The notes: a model not told the origin generated them from the letters alone. Counted from the stretch's first letter, positions 9,498-18,927 are shown. The stretch is 64,000 nucleotides of DNA from an uncultured Gammaproteobacteria bacterium (GCA_964445435.1 CAYUKU010000006.1:1112-65111); one strand, 5' to 3'. Program-made: numbers and translations.

Positions 9498-10403
9498 TTA
9501 ATGAGTCTTATAAAATTCAATAGTCTTGACCAGGCCGTTTTTTATGCTCGTCTCCGGCTTCCACCCGAGAATAGTTGCCGCTTTCTGATTGTCCAGAAGC
9601 CATTCATCCGATTCTCCGATTCTATCGGGAATAGCCCCAAGGCGCAACACGGATGAACTTCCTATCAGCTGGACAATCCTATCTGCGAGCTCCTGTAGCG
9701 TAATTGGCTCTCCGCCGCCGATATTGATAATCTCATATCCGACGGGTTTTTCCCGGGACATTGCCCGCGCAATAGCATCAACGACATCTCCAACGAACAC
9801 ATAGTCCCGTTTTTTTGTGCCAGAAGTAAGGGGGATTTCCTCGTTCCTGAGGGCTTTTTTTATAATCTGACTGATCAGGCGATGATCGGGAAGGTAAGGC
9901 CCGTACATCGTGCCAATTCGAAACACGTAGCAACCTGCATATGCACTATCTTTATAGAGCCGTAACAAGTGTTCGCACGTTCGCTTAGTCGCTGCATAAG
10001 GAGAGGGCGGATACGTGATTGCATTTTCCCGGTATGGAATGACTCCCTGCCCGTATACTTCCTCCGTGCTTGCGAAGATAAATTTCTTAGCAGGTCTATC
10101 TTTGAGGGCCAGTAAAAGGTGTGTCGTTCCTATGATATTTACCTCTGCCGTTTTTCTGGCGACTTCGAAATTGCGGGAAAGATCGACCAACGCGCCGACA
10201 TGACAAACGATATCCGGCGCAAATGAGGTAACCTCCTTATAAACCGCCTTTTCGTCGGTAAGATCAAGAGATCGAATACCCAAATTGTCATCTTCGTGTC
10301 CTGCCGTAGCCAGAATTTCGTACTCACCGCCTCCCCGAAGGTGCGAGAGCAGATTTTTCCCCAAAAAACCAGTTGCGCCCGTCATGAAAACTTTTTGTTT
10401 CAT
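9498..10403 (-). CDS. NAD(P)-dependent sugar epimerase/reductase (SDR). It is possibly the 4-reductase or epimerase partner of the RfbH-like enzyme.
   Basis: I moved the start to MKQKVFMTGATGFLGKNL (ATG at 10403), which gives a classic ATGA overlap with the upstream stop. The catalytic motif is YAATK. Confidence 0.7.
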   Translation of the reverse strand: MKQKVFMTGATGFLGKNLLSHLRGGGEYEILATAGHEDDNLGIRSLDLTDEKAVYKEVTSFAPDIVCHVGALVDLSRNFEVARKTAEVNIIGTTHLLLALKDRPAKKFIFASTEEVYGQGVIPYRENAITYPPSPYAATKRTCEHLLRLYKDSAYAGCYVFRIGTMYGPYLPDHRLISQIIKKALRNEEIPLTSGTKKRDYVFVGDVVDAIARAMSREKPVGYEIINIGGGEPITLQELADRIVQLIGSSSVLRLGAIPDRIGESDEWLLDNQKAATILGWKPETSIKNGLVKTIEFYKTH

Positions 10404-11473
10404 ATCATCTTGCTCCATCGCCGCAATGACGCCGTGCCGTATGCCAATAGATACACCCAACACACCACCGGGTGTAAAAACCACGCCGGATCTTGAAGAT
10501 AAACAAAACCCCTTACCCCGTCCAGAAATGGTTTGATAAAAGTCACCGTATATATAATGTAAAGAAGAAGCTTCAAACGATGATGTGAATTGGTTGGATC
10601 ATAAATAAAATACCGCCTCTTCGTATTGTTCTTCAGGTAATAACTCGAAAGGAACGCAATGCGCTTTTTCATGAGAAACGAAAGGCTTATCGCAGTATCA
10701 TGCAACACATCGGTATCAACGATAGCAAATCGGTTATATCCGCTTTTAATGAGGTCAGCAAATACATCAATGTGAAGGAAATGCGTCGGGTCACTCTGGG
10801 CATATTTCAGAAGAAGATCTTTCCTGTAGACGACACCGTTACAGCCCACGGTCGGAAGGGTTTGGGACGTAAATTCAACGGTGGTGTATGAAGCAGTTTT
10901 TTTTATGACGGTTCCGCCCTTCCATTCCCGGACGTACTGCGGAACCCGATCAGGTATGCCGACATAAAACACAATCGGATCGATTGCGCCAAACAACGCA
11001 TTATACCGGTTAAACAGTGCGTCGGATTTTTGGTAATGGTAATGGAGCGTTCCGGCGTGAACGACCCGAGGGTCGTCGATAAACGGCTGGACCATTTTTG
11101 TAAGCCACTTCCTGTCTAGCACATAATTATCAGCGTCAAGTGAAACAACAAGGTTATGTTTCGCGAGGGCAACTCCCACCCCTCGCTGTGCTTCTGCATT
11201 CTTTGGGATAGGGCTTCTGATACTTCTGAATCCGTATTTCTTCAGGATATGCACGGTTGAATCAGTTGACCCTCCGTCAACATTCAGATATTCAATTTTC
11301 TCTTTAGGATACTCTTGAGCGGCAACGCAGGCCAGGCATCTTTCAAGCGAACGCTCGTTATTGAGCGTCACGATAAGAATGGTTATGTTTGGGAGTCCTT
11401 TGCCTTCGGACATACAACTGGCTCCCCCATTTGGGGAGGTATGTCTTGTATTATATGCTTTTGGCTGTCCCAC
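10400..11473 (-). CDS. GT2-family glycosyltransferase with a C-terminal membrane segment.
   Basis: ITILIVTLNNERSLERCL...IEYLNVDGGSTDST...VVSLDADNYV. It is a paralog of 913..1929. The alternative start MSEGKG at 11413 would cut the overlap with the upstream gene from 90 nt to 30 nt. Confidence 0.7.
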   Translation of the reverse strand: MGQPKAYNTRHTSPNGGASCMSEGKGLPNITILIVTLNNERSLERCLACVAAQEYPKEKIEYLNVDGGSTDSTVHILKKYGFRSIRSPIPKNAEAQRGVGVALAKHNLVVSLDADNYVLDRKWLTKMVQPFIDDPRVVHAGTLHYHYQKSDALFNRYNALFGAIDPIVFYVGIPDRVPQYVREWKGGTVIKKTASYTTVEFTSQTLPTVGCNGVVYRKDLLLKYAQSDPTHFLHIDVFADLIKSGYNRFAIVDTDVLHDTAISLSFLMKKRIAFLSSYYLKNNTKRRYFIYDPTNSHHRLKLLLYIIYTVTFIKPFLDGVRGFVYLQDPAWFLHPVVCWVYLLAYGTASLRRWSKMI

Positions 11474-12966
11474 GAAAATGCGAAAATATTTTCCTCTTTC
11501 AGACCGTATTGACAGGCGATGTTAATAGCGCTTCTATACGAACGGACATACCCAAATCCCACACCTTTGGTTGTTTCACGATATCCTTCATCATAAATCG
11601 GAAACAAAAATCCGGTCCGAAGAAGTTCACTATAATTCCACTCCTGGTGAAACTTCACCATGAGAATCTGACCAACGCCTGATTGAAACGGCATGTCGTC
11701 ACCGAGGTGAACAAAAAGAACCCTGGACGGCAAACGATTAGAATACGATGCCATTTGATTGAGAATATCTTTTCGAATCTGACTTACCGCCTTAAGCGAC
11801 AATAGGTCCTGCCTGATCATAAAAACGTTTAATCCGACATACAATGTAGCAATCGCGGCAACGATGAATTTGTCGGATCTTTCCTTTGCTTTATCCCACT
11901 TCTGAACGATAAGCCAAGCCAAGAGCCCTGACGCTCCTGCCATGATGAAGTAAAAATGCCTCGACTCGAGAAACACCTGTTTCGGCAAGGCGATAAATGG
12001 GATTACTCCAAGAATCGTAAATAATCCAAGCCTCGCTGCCACCGTTCGCCAGGCGACGTCCGTTTTCCTTTTCCAGGCTATGAAAAGTCCCGTGGAAGCA
12101 ATGATAAGGTACACGAGATTCCGGAACGCGTCTTCGACGAAATAAAACAATCCCTTCTCGCCGATGCCGGCGAAACCAAACAGAAATTTCCCAATAGACG
12201 TAAGCCTGTCCGGAGAAATGATAATCTGCGGCAATCCGACAAAGATGAGCCTCGCAAGATATGATGCGTTTGAAACAAAAACGTCGAGGAAACCTTCGAA
12301 ATGAGTGGAGGTTGCCAAAGCTGAAGTGCCGGGAATCAGTCGAAACAATAGATATCCGCCGGCGGCAACGAATACTGCCAAACGCAAACGGGGCGCCAAC
12401 AAGGCATAGTACGCAAACAAAAAAAGAAGGTGTTCTCGAAACATTAACCCCACGACAAGAAAAACAAGTGACCACACCAGTAGCACGGGGCGACCTGACT
12501 TCAGATATTCAGTGAAGCGAAGCATACTTAACAGCCCGAACGTGGCGGACGGAAGAAAACTCATCGACGCTGCATACCAGTGAACCGCCTGGGCAGATGT
12601 ATGGGCGGTCAAGAAAAGCGCCATGGCTAGCCACGAAACACGAATGTCAGAAAGCATAGATCTTATCAGGGCGAAAACAAGAAACCCGTTCAGGGCATGA
12701 AGAAGAAGACTCACTATCGCGTAATAGTGGGATGTAAGACCAAAAAAAAGATAATGCAATGCCATAAAAAGTGTTGTTGCAGGAGTAAAATGCCACCCGG
12801 AAAGCCGAAAAAGTGTTGATAATCCGAGTTTGCCCGCTGCTATCACGCGTCCGAACCCGCTCCACTCATCCTGTTGGAAAAAAACTGACCACAGGTCCCA
12901 AAAAGTACCAAGACTTACAAGAAGTGAAATAACAAATACGTTGAGATATCTCTGTTTTAGATTCAT
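11383..12966 (-). CDS. GT-C-type membrane glycosyltransferase of the 'FFQQDEW' family, a paralog of 5520..7166.
   Basis: I moved the start to MNLKQRYLNVFVISLL (ATG at 12966), which gives an ATGA overlap with the small-ORF stop. WDLWSVFFQQDEWSGFGRV. It has about 11 TM helices plus a C-terminal soluble domain. Confidence 0.5.
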   Translation of the reverse strand: MNLKQRYLNVFVISLLVSLGTFWDLWSVFFQQDEWSGFGRVIAAGKLGLSTLFRLSGWHFTPATTLFMALHYLFFGLTSHYYAIVSLLLHALNGFLVFALIRSMLSDIRVSWLAMALFLTAHTSAQAVHWYAASMSFLPSATFGLLSMLRFTEYLKSGRPVLLVWSLVFLVVGLMFREHLLFLFAYYALLAPRLRLAVFVAAGGYLLFRLIPGTSALATSTHFEGFLDVFVSNASYLARLIFVGLPQIIISPDRLTSIGKFLFGFAGIGEKGLFYFVEDAFRNLVYLIIASTGLFIAWKRKTDVAWRTVAARLGLFTILGVIPFIALPKQVFLESRHFYFIMAGASGLLAWLIVQKWDKAKERSDKFIVAAIATLYVGLNVFMIRQDLLSLKAVSQIRKDILNQMASYSNRLPSRVLFVHLGDDMPFQSGVGQILMVKFHQEWNYSELLRTGFLFPIYDEGYRETTKGVGFGYVRSYRSAINIACQYGLKEENIFAFSWDSQKHIIQDIPPQMGEPVVCPKAKDSQT

Positions 12967-13331
12967 TTCGTATTTCTGTTCTCTGCAATCGTTCGGATAA
13001 CACCCATACCCATACAAATATACGACACGACTGCCAGTTGCTGCGCACTGGCAGGCTTTCCGGCTAAAAGGACAATAAGTGAGATGAAAAGTGTTACGAA
13101 AGAAGCGGTAAACTGAATTCGTGCCCTTAGCGCAAAGAGTACTGACGCGCTTATCCACAGGGAAAGAAACGCGTTTGTCGGATTTATGATGAGATTGAAA
13201 TACGGAAGTTTCCAAAGCACTAATAGCATAATACCCATGACAGTGAGAAGAATAATCCTTGAGGTTACAGTATGCTGTGCTTTGAAAAATCTATGCATGA
13301 CGTCTGATAAAAAGATACCTGCCCAAAGCAA
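12963..13331 (-). CDS. Small integral membrane protein (3-4 TM helices); possibly a GtrA-like lipid-sugar flippase.
   Basis: 122 aa, hydrophobic throughout. It is translationally coupled between two GT-C genes. Its size and topology are reminiscent of GtrA, but I see no diagnostic motif. The start is uncertain (the M12 at 13298 would reduce the overlap). Confidence 0.3.
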   Translation of the reverse strand: MLWAGIFLSDVMHRFFKAQHTVTSRIILLTVMGIMLLVLWKLPYFNLIINPTNAFLSLWISASVLFALRARIQFTASFVTLFISLIVLLAGKPASAQQLAVVSYICMGMGVIRTIAENRNTK

Positions 13332-16275
13332 GCCAGCTGACTACTGAAATCACGAAGCCCACCCACACAAGCTGCTGTGGCCGATACGAAATTTCTATAT
13401 CATAATCGCCGGGTGCGTCTATATACCATCCGTTTGCATATCCGTTTACTTGAACGTGGTCGTGTTTTGGGAGTTCTTTCATTTTCGTGCCATCGGCGGA
13501 CAATATGTATGCCGTCCATCCAGGGTCAAACGTTTGATTAAATATCAGTATATAGGGATCAGACGCTTGACGAACACTCACTCTGAACTTCGTCATGGAA
13601 TCCGCCTCAAACTGTACCGTTGGAGGTGACAGCCGAGGAGACGGTTCACTACGAAACGCGTACACTCCCTGGCTTTCGGAGGTGCGGACTCTATGAAGCC
13701 CTGCGGAGAGCTCAACGCTCGTTTCCGAAAGCCGCTTTCCGTCCAAAACAGGGGAAGTACGACGACCATTTTGACCACGTACGATAAGATCGTACGTGCC
13801 GGCTGACGGAATTTCTAAAATATACTCCTGTGAATCTGGATTTATTTCTAGGGCGTACTCTTGTAGCAGTCGTCTCTTCTGACTTTCAAATAGTTCTTCA
13901 ATAGGACGAAAATCGGAACCGGTCATGTCAGTTTTCTTAAGTGATTTGACCGCCTGCCTGAATCCGTCAAGAAGAAAGATGAGTTCTGATTGCATCACCG
14001 CCCTTTGGGTCGGGGTAAGTTTACCCAACTCCCTGTTGGAATCTGAAAAAAGAAGACCTATGTCGCGTGATATTTCCTTTGCTACCGATTGAATTTTCAA
14101 GTTTGATGTCCGTACATATTCATGGATCTCACTCATTCTCATTTGAACAAGTGCATACTGATAACGGATCAGATCCTGTGGGGAGCGGGACTTTTTTCTC
14201 ATAGTTTGACCCTCGGCGAATTGCTTCATCCAGTAGAGCCTACTGTGCGGAAGCACATAGACAGGCACGAAGCCGAATTTACCTTCCAGACGCTTCCTTT
14301 CGTGCGGATCACACAAGAGACATGTTGCCGAGACAATTCCCCCCTGAATGTACGGCTTCTCAACATTAATGAGTGCGGGTGATCTATCAAATAAATCTGC
14401 GCCAGCTGTGTCCGTGGCAGTAAGGAAATCCGCATAACCTGTATTGGAAGTAACATAGATACCTGTCGAAGTAAACAAACTTACGGGTTTCTCGGATTGA
14501 ACCGTATAAAGCCGCCACTTTTCAAACGAAGCTATTTGCCGTATCCCCGGCAACGCCTTCAAATCTGCTTCCTGTGACTCAAGATTCTCCCCTGTTGTTT
14601 TTTTGTCCGAATAAAGGGCATCGGACCGCCAAAGAATCGTCCGAATCCCGGAGACCTTTAGAAGTATTTTAAAGTCGTCAAATCTCCTGTCTGAAAGAGC
14701 CCGGTACAGTGCGTCAACAATCGCAGGAGGATTGTTGGCGTCCGATACGATCGGCCTATGCATGACCATACGCGGTAGCGGATCAGGACTCCAATACCCC
14801 CACGTGTATCCGTCCATTTTACTCTCATCAAATCTCGGCAGAAGCAATATTTTGTCATTGAAATCAGTCGTGCGATGGACGTAGTTCGCAGTTTCCACCA
14901 CATAACTCGGGAGTTTCACCTTGTTGGTAAACGGCAGATTGTAATCGAAAAAATTTCCCTGGATAAACGGCGCATGGTACGCGAGAATTCCGAGTATCGA
15001 TCCGGCGACCAAAAGTGGTTTCAGCAATTGTTTTCTGAAATGTCTCGCCGTCATCTCCGCGAGCCGCGAAAACGTGAAACCGGCTAACACGCTTGTAGCC
15101 AACAGCGGGAGAATTCCGAATTTATAGAACGCGGTTCTAAAAATACCGAACCCGGGAATGAATTCAACCATAAGCGAAAAAAGAAATCCCGTTGGCGCAT
15201 GAGAGCCGGCTGTGAAAAACATACCCACAAAAAGAAGGGCGAGAAATAAACCGACAAAACGCTTCTCATGGGAGTTTTTGGATAAAAAGTAAGCCCCGAT
15301 AGACGCCAGAGGCCACACGAAGCTGGCAATGATAAGAAAGGGACTGTTTATATACTTGAGCATGAACGGGAATTGTGTGTCACGATCCCACGCGGGAAGT
15401 CCCTGCATACGGAAAATGTTGAGTATGCTCGCATTTTTGCTGACTGCGTCGACAATCCCAAGGATACTTTCTGTTCCGCCCTGCAAATTCAATTGAGTAG
15501 CGTATGATGTCGCCGCATAGTAGATGTACGGTATGAGCCAAAATGAAGAAAAAAGAGAAAATAACAAGATAAATGCTGTGGTAATTTTCAAAAACAAGAA
15601 AAAGGTTTTTGTTCTTCGCGCAGAAATTCCCAGCACGTACGCTGCGGTCACCACCCATCCAACCATTAGGGGCCCGTACAAGGGCGGAGATCCTCCGCCG
15701 TTAAACAACGCCGCCGTCATGGAGATAAGAATAAGTTTTTTCCAGTTTACGGCACCCTCAAAGAGCGTTTTGTATAGAAAGAAGATAAGAAGCGGCAGAA
15801 GAAACTGCACTGAGAATTTCGTCCTCCATATCACGCTCCATGCATGGAGATTAAGAAAATTAATTGCGTACAGTACGGACGAAATAACGACGGTGCCATA
15901 GGAAATTTTCCAACTCTTAATGTTTCCTATGTACAACCATGCCACAAGGATAGAGACGAGATTGATCGTGTGCCAAAAAATAAAAACTACGCGTTGCGTT
16001 ATCTGGATGTCGCGAGTCAGAATCCAAGCCAACACTTCTGGAATATGAATAGTAAGAACTGCCGGATTTGATAAAACACTCGAGCCGAAATTCAAAACAG
16101 GTGCCCATGTGGAAAAAAGTGACTTCCAAAATTCCGTAATCGGCAGCCGATAGCCACTGTCATGTCCCAAGATAAGTGTATCTCCAGGTAACCAGACTTG
16201 CACAATAAATGCGGACAGAAACGCAGCAAAGAGGAAATAAATTATGCTGCGTCTTGTTCTTTTCATACGTTGCAT
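13291..16275 (-). CDS. Very large (994 aa) polytopic membrane protein: an N-terminal multi-TM domain of about 450 aa, a large extracytoplasmic region, a YfhO-type C-terminal module and a final TM anchor. Putative GT-C glycosyltransferase.
   Basis: About 12 N-terminal TM helices. The C-terminus is FNQTFDPGWTAYILSADGTK...VNGYANGWYID...LVWVGFVISVVSWLALGRYLF. It shares the YFPGW..VDG / terminal-TM module of the YfhO-like and PTPS-related proteins in this window. Confidence 0.45.
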   Translation of the reverse strand: MQRMKRTRRSIIYFLFAAFLSAFIVQVWLPGDTLILGHDSGYRLPITEFWKSLFSTWAPVLNFGSSVLSNPAVLTIHIPEVLAWILTRDIQITQRVVFIFWHTINLVSILVAWLYIGNIKSWKISYGTVVISSVLYAINFLNLHAWSVIWRTKFSVQFLLPLLIFFLYKTLFEGAVNWKKLILISMTAALFNGGGSPPLYGPLMVGWVVTAAYVLGISARRTKTFFLFLKITTAFILLFSLFSSFWLIPYIYYAATSYATQLNLQGGTESILGIVDAVSKNASILNIFRMQGLPAWDRDTQFPFMLKYINSPFLIIASFVWPLASIGAYFLSKNSHEKRFVGLFLALLFVGMFFTAGSHAPTGFLFSLMVEFIPGFGIFRTAFYKFGILPLLATSVLAGFTFSRLAEMTARHFRKQLLKPLLVAGSILGILAYHAPFIQGNFFDYNLPFTNKVKLPSYVVETANYVHRTTDFNDKILLLPRFDESKMDGYTWGYWSPDPLPRMVMHRPIVSDANNPPAIVDALYRALSDRRFDDFKILLKVSGIRTILWRSDALYSDKKTTGENLESQEADLKALPGIRQIASFEKWRLYTVQSEKPVSLFTSTGIYVTSNTGYADFLTATDTAGADLFDRSPALINVEKPYIQGGIVSATCLLCDPHERKRLEGKFGFVPVYVLPHSRLYWMKQFAEGQTMRKKSRSPQDLIRYQYALVQMRMSEIHEYVRTSNLKIQSVAKEISRDIGLLFSDSNRELGKLTPTQRAVMQSELIFLLDGFRQAVKSLKKTDMTGSDFRPIEELFESQKRRLLQEYALEINPDSQEYILEIPSAGTYDLIVRGQNGRRTSPVLDGKRLSETSVELSAGLHRVRTSESQGVYAFRSEPSPRLSPPTVQFEADSMTKFRVSVRQASDPYILIFNQTFDPGWTAYILSADGTKMKELPKHDHVQVNGYANGWYIDAPGDYDIEISYRPQQLVWVGFVISVVSWLALGRYLFIRRHA

Positions 16276-16336
16276 TATACAAACTTTTCATTTGATGTCG
16301 CAGGGTGTATCATCTAGATCACCGTATACATCAACG
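16276..16336. promoter_or_regulatory. A 61-bp divergent promoter region between 13291..16275(-) and the GNAT gene (+).
   Basis: It is one of only three real intergenic gaps in the window. It is AT-rich, with TATACA 7 nt before the ATG at 16337 and a TTGCAT/TATAC element next to the minus-strand start. Confidence 0.2.
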
Positions 16337-16879
16337 ATGGCCAACAAATTTCCTTTTTTAAGAAGCCAATACCTTGTCATCAAACCCCTGGAAGCAGGGC
16401 ATCTGGAAAACTTCCGCGCGCTTCGCAATGATCCTCAGACTTCCTACTATCTCACTTCGGTCGTTCCGATAAACCCAGTTAAACAGAAAAAGTGGTTTGA
16501 GGCGGTAAGTGCTGATGATTCGCGGATGTTCTTCGCAATCGAAACGCACGGGAAAGAATTTCTAGGGCTCATCCGGTGCGACGAGTGGGATAAAATAAAC
16601 AGAAGCATACGCATCGGAGTGGATATAGTACCATCGCACAGACGGAGAGGATTCGCCACACAGGCGTACCGAATCCTTCTGGATTTTCTTTTCTTCCAGT
16701 TAAATATTCATCGCGTTTGGCTTCTGGTTGCTTCTTTCAACGATGCGGCCATACCGTTGTATAAAAAGCTCGGATTTCGGAAGGAAGGAAAACAGCGGGA
16801 CGCCATATTCCGAAACGGCACATATCACGACTACATTATGATGAGCATGCTTTCGCATGAATATGAAAAAACCGGATAA
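16337..16879 (+). CDS. GNAT-family N-acetyltransferase, a probable amino-sugar N-acetyltransferase (WecD/RimL-like).
   Basis: I moved the start to MANKFPFLRSQYLVIKPLE. RRRGFATQAYRILLDFLF...RVWLLVASFNDAAIPLYKKLGFRKEGKQRDAIFRNG is a GNAT motif A/B. It lies directly upstream of, and overlapping, a sugar aminotransferase. Confidence 0.7.
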   Translation: MANKFPFLRSQYLVIKPLEAGHLENFRALRNDPQTSYYLTSVVPINPVKQKKWFEAVSADDSRMFFAIETHGKEFLGLIRCDEWDKINRSIRIGVDIVPSHRRRGFATQAYRILLDFLFFQLNIHRVWLLVASFNDAAIPLYKKLGFRKEGKQRDAIFRNGTYHDYIMMSMLSHEYEKTG

Positions 16880-18029
16880 ACTCATCCCGCTTTTTAAGGT
16901 TTTCATGAGTAAGCGGGTTATCCGCCCGCTTGAGAAGACACTGCTATCCGGCTATATCGGGCAGGGGGTGAAAGTTGACGAATTTGAAGAAAAACTAAAA
17001 GCATTTCTGGGGAACCCATACCTTCTCACCGTCAACAGCGGCACATCAGCACTGCATCTTGCTTTAAGACTTGCAGGCGTTAAAAACGGAGACGAAGTCA
17101 TAAGCACTCCGATGACCTGCACCGCCTCCAACTGGCCAATCCTTGCAAACGGCGGCAAAATTGTTTGGGCAGACATCAACCCAAAAACCGGAAACATCGC
17201 GCCTGATAGTATAGAGAGGAAAATAACCCCAAAAACAAAAGCGATCCTCGTCGTGGACTGGGGCGGATATCCGTGCGATATCGCGGCCATAAAAAAAATT
17301 GCGGGCGATATTCCCATTATCGAAGACGCTGCACATGCTTTCGGAACAGTTTATAACGGAACGCTTGTGGGAAATTCTTCTGATTTCACCTGTTTTTCCT
17401 TTCAGGCAATCAAGCATCTTACAACCGGCGACGGCGGACTGCTCGCGGTAAAAAGAAAAAAGGACTACGAGCGCGGCAAACTTCTTCGGTGGTACGGAAT
17501 CGATCGGGAAACGAGAACACAACACGAACGGATCGAAATCGATGTACTCGAGTGGGGATACAAATTCCACATGAATGATATCAATGCAACAATCGGTCTT
17601 GAAAATCTCAAATTCACCCCGTCAATTCTTAAAAAACACCGCGACAACGCATCGTATTATAAGAAAGCCCTTCTGGGACTTACCAATGTTACCCTTCTTC
17701 AGGAACGAAAGGAAGATCTGTCAAGCTACTGGCTGTTTACCATCAGAGTAAAACACGTTCACGCTTTCATAGAGTTTATGAATGACCATAACGTAATGGT
17801 TTCTCAGGTACACCGAAGAAATGACACGCACCCAACGGTCGCCCCGTTTCGCGCCAAGCTTCCGGGAGTCGATGAATTTACATCAGAAATGGTTTGTATT
17901 CCTGTGGGCTGGTGGGTAACTGCTCGGGAACGCCGGTATATTGGCGATTGTATACGAACGTATGACAAAATCGCCGGAACGCTTCCCAATAAGACGTATC
18001 GGTCATCCGACAGCTGCGTTTACTGCTAA
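16857..18029 (+). CDS. DegT/DnrJ/EryC1/StrS-family PLP-dependent sugar aminotransferase.
   Basis: GTSALHLAL...DEVISTPMTC...IEDAAHAFG...SFQAIKHLTTGDGG (the PLP lysine is present). Confidence 0.8.
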   Translation: MNMKKPDKLIPLFKVFMSKRVIRPLEKTLLSGYIGQGVKVDEFEEKLKAFLGNPYLLTVNSGTSALHLALRLAGVKNGDEVISTPMTCTASNWPILANGGKIVWADINPKTGNIAPDSIERKITPKTKAILVVDWGGYPCDIAAIKKIAGDIPIIEDAAHAFGTVYNGTLVGNSSDFTCFSFQAIKHLTTGDGGLLAVKRKKDYERGKLLRWYGIDRETRTQHERIEIDVLEWGYKFHMNDINATIGLENLKFTPSILKKHRDNASYYKKALLGLTNVTLLQERKEDLSSYWLFTIRVKHVHAFIEFMNDHNVMVSQVHRRNDTHPTVAPFRAKLPGVDEFTSEMVCIPVGWWVTARERRYIGDCIRTYDKIAGTLPNKTYRSSDSCVYC

Positions 18030-18033
18030 CCCG

Positions 18034-18927
18034 TTAACGATTGGTGTATCTGAAATATGCCCGTAAAAATTTCCACTGTAGTGCCAATGGCAACCTACTC
18101 CTTTTCTTTTTCACTTGTCCTGCTGTAGCGTATCCCACTGCGTATCCTGCAATTGCCCAAAACAAGGCAAGTAGGGTTCTTTTGTACAAGGCAAAGGACG
18201 CGATCCAAACCAGATCCCGCAGCGTTATCAATGGAAATAAACCGCACGAAAAATATTTCGCATTCAGCCATGCCTTGTTGCGAAAAATCGTGTACGACTG
18301 GAAGGGACGAAAATGCAATTCCTGATCGTGGTGAAGCACTCGAACGGCCGGATCAAATAGTATTTGGTGCCCCTTTCCAAGAAGCCGGAGCGCCAAATCA
18401 TCTTCATGAAGCCACAGAAAAAAATCTTCGTCAAATCCGCCGACGGCACGAAATGATTCTTTGCGAAACGCGGTTGCCCCCCCTGGAAAAGTAAATAGGC
18501 TGTGCCCGGAAAGCCAGGGAACCCGCTTCCAGAAGTACGACTTCTGATTCATGTTGTACACGTTGCCCGCAATAGCCGCAACGTTCATCGGTTCTCGTTG
18601 GAATCTTTGTACCAGCATCTTCAATCCGTCTTTTTCTATCTCGCAGTCTTCATCAAGGAAAAAAACATACCTGCCCCTGCTCATATCGATGCCTTTGTTT
18701 AACCCAGATATTCCGGCATTTTTACCCATCGAGACGACTCGAGCTGCAGGGTGGCGGGCACGAAGATAAGAAAGATATGATCGAGAGGAAGAGTTTACGA
18801 TAAGTAAAAGTTCATAAGGGCGATACGAAGAGCGCCTCACTGAACCAACACAAAGATCAAGGGTTGCCGACTTTTTTGGTCCGACCAATACGATAACAGA
18901 AACAATCGGGTGTGGCGTATGTTTCAT
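18034..18927 (-). CDS. GT2-family glycosyltransferase.
   Basis: VSVIVLVGPK...YELLLIVNSS...VFFLDEDCEI...GGATAFRKESF. Confidence 0.65.
   Translation of the reverse strand: MKHTPHPIVSVIVLVGPKKSATLDLCVGSVRRSSYRPYELLLIVNSSSRSYLSYLRARHPAARVVSMGKNAGISGLNKGIDMSRGRYVFFLDEDCEIEKDGLKMLVQRFQREPMNVAAIAGNVYNMNQKSYFWKRVPWLSGHSLFTFPGGATAFRKESFRAVGGFDEDFFLWLHEDDLALRLLGKGHQILFDPAVRVLHHDQELHFRPFQSYTIFRNKAWLNAKYFSCGLFPLITLRDLVWIASFALYKRTLLALFWAIAGYAVGYATAGQVKKKRSRLPLALQWKFLRAYFRYTNR

Noticed and set aside
11891-12475. The 194-aa ORF (Cys/Arg-rich) and many other 60-170-aa ORFs embedded in or antisense to the large CDSs (e.g. 46624..47148, 49834..50508, 42079..42399, 33387..33830).
   Set aside because: They overlap long, well-supported genes in other frames and have low-complexity, Arg-rich compositions typical of spurious antisense ORFs.
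18026-18040. The palindrome cgttaacg between convergent genes, considered as a terminator.
   Set aside because: It is only 8 bp with no stem-loop plus U-tract. It is an HpaI-like site.
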